This document shows, in pieces, positions 63,101 through 64,000 of a stretch of 64,000 nt of DNA. Each line of letters opens with the position of its first letter. Positions within the stretch are counted from its first letter, which is position 1. Source of the DNA: Euglena gracilis (lineage: Eukaryota); assembly GCA_039621445.1 (NCBI GenBank), contig CP154954.1:45239847-45303846 (forward strand). Direction: 5' to 3'. A program made the position numbers and the translations under genes. The notes under the pieces are model-generated. The model was not told the DNA's origin. It was given only the letters and a program-made list of their open reading frames with translations, and did no database searches.

Positions 63101-63900
63101 ACGCTCCTCATCCCATCCATCCCCCAGGCAGCGACAGGCAGCGACAGGCAGGCACGGGTACCTGGTGCTACCCCCCCCCCAGAAACTGTATCGTCTTTGG
63201 TCCCTGGCCAGCTGTCCTCCGGGGGGCTGGTGCATAGGCACGGGGGGGGGGGGGCTGTTCGGGCTGACTGGGCCGCCGGCTGCCGTGCCAGCGGTGGCGA
63301 AGGCGCAGCAGCTCCAGGCCCAGCTCCAGCAAATGAAGCGGCGGCTGCAGGCGCAGGTGGCGCTGCACCTCGCTCGCCCCCCTCCCGGGCACAATATCCC
63401 TGGAGTGCAATGTCTGCAGGTGGGCATTTGTTGGCTGGTTCAGGCTGGGCACCTTGGACCCTTTGTTTCCAACGCCACATTGTGCTTGAGGTGCCTGTCT
63501 GTATGGTAGTCGTTTGTGTGGAGCCAGACATTGAACGAACCCCTTTGGCGCTTGCCAAGCTTCCAGGGTGGCGATGTGCAGTGTTTTTTCTCTGTTTGTC
63601 CACACCCCCGGACTGCCGGCCGCGGGTGGCCGATGTGGCTGCACCGGAAGAGATCGCCGGCGAGCACCGGGGCGGGGTTTTGTGCGGGACGCAGGGGGAG
63701 GGGGGCGCCCGCTGAGTTGATGGAGAGGACCCAGGACGTGCTCAGCCACGTGGACCCGAAGGCCAACAAGGCGCTGAGGACCTACGCTCAGGGAGACCCC
63801 CAAAGTGCGGGGAACGGCCTCTTTCCTGGGCTGTGTCCCTGGGGATGCCCACCCTGCGGTGCCACGCAGTGCCGGCGTGGCACTGTGGGGTGGCCAGATG
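60151..63900 (+). CDS. Signal-peptide protein with Pro-rich linker and helical/coiled-coil segments; unknown function, continues beyond the window
   Basis: Exons 60151-60222 (or 60230), 60821 (or 60820)-60957, 61499-61571, 62001-62144, 63282-63371, 63711-63785 and probably 63847-~63900: MRRAWLLALAVLLATISVGA..VEDISDDEVDIARSYVKANL..ATV|DYAAGLVDADHIDTMARIRQE..QPLP|AVPAVAKAQQLQAQLQQMKRRL..HL|AELMERTQDVL. Intron ends pair. Confidence 0.8.
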
Positions 63901-64000
63901 TATGGGAAGCCCTCTGGTTTTGAGTTGGGTGGTGGTGGGGGGGGGTCCTGACCCCCCCCCCGGGGCGTAAGGTGGGGGGTCCGGACTTGGGATTTTTTAA

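Noticed and set aside
1-64000. tRNA, rRNA, snRNA or SL RNA genes
   Set aside because: None recognised by eye. A tRNAscan-SE/Infernal search would be needed to exclude them.

Overview
This is eukaryotic nuclear DNA, almost certainly from a euglenid (Euglena-like). The inference rests on short GC-rich exons separated by a mixture of GT-AG introns and non-GT-AG introns whose two ends base-pair, plus polypyrimidine-AG sites just upstream of start codons (likely spliced-leader trans-splice acceptors) and interstitial TTAGGG tracts. The ORF track is mostly spurious. By hand I reconstructed four spliced genes: an orphan on the minus strand (~7.1-8.4 kb), a SET-domain/Rubisco-LSMT-like lysine methyltransferase (~29.9-43.4 kb, 5' end not found), a signal peptide-TPM(MOLO1-like)-TM-RING-H2 protein (45.1-58.0 kb), and a signal-peptide helical protein starting at 60151 that runs off the window. 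Introns and intergenic DNA are packed with non-autonomous transposons: a head-to-tail array plus a solo copy of a Helitron2/Helentron-like element, hAT MITEs with 8-bp TSDs, TA-flanked MITEs, foldback elements, and decayed hAT, pogo-like and RLE non-LTR fragments. Exon boundaries come from reading frame, protein motifs and intron-end pairing; some are approximate and need RNA-seq.
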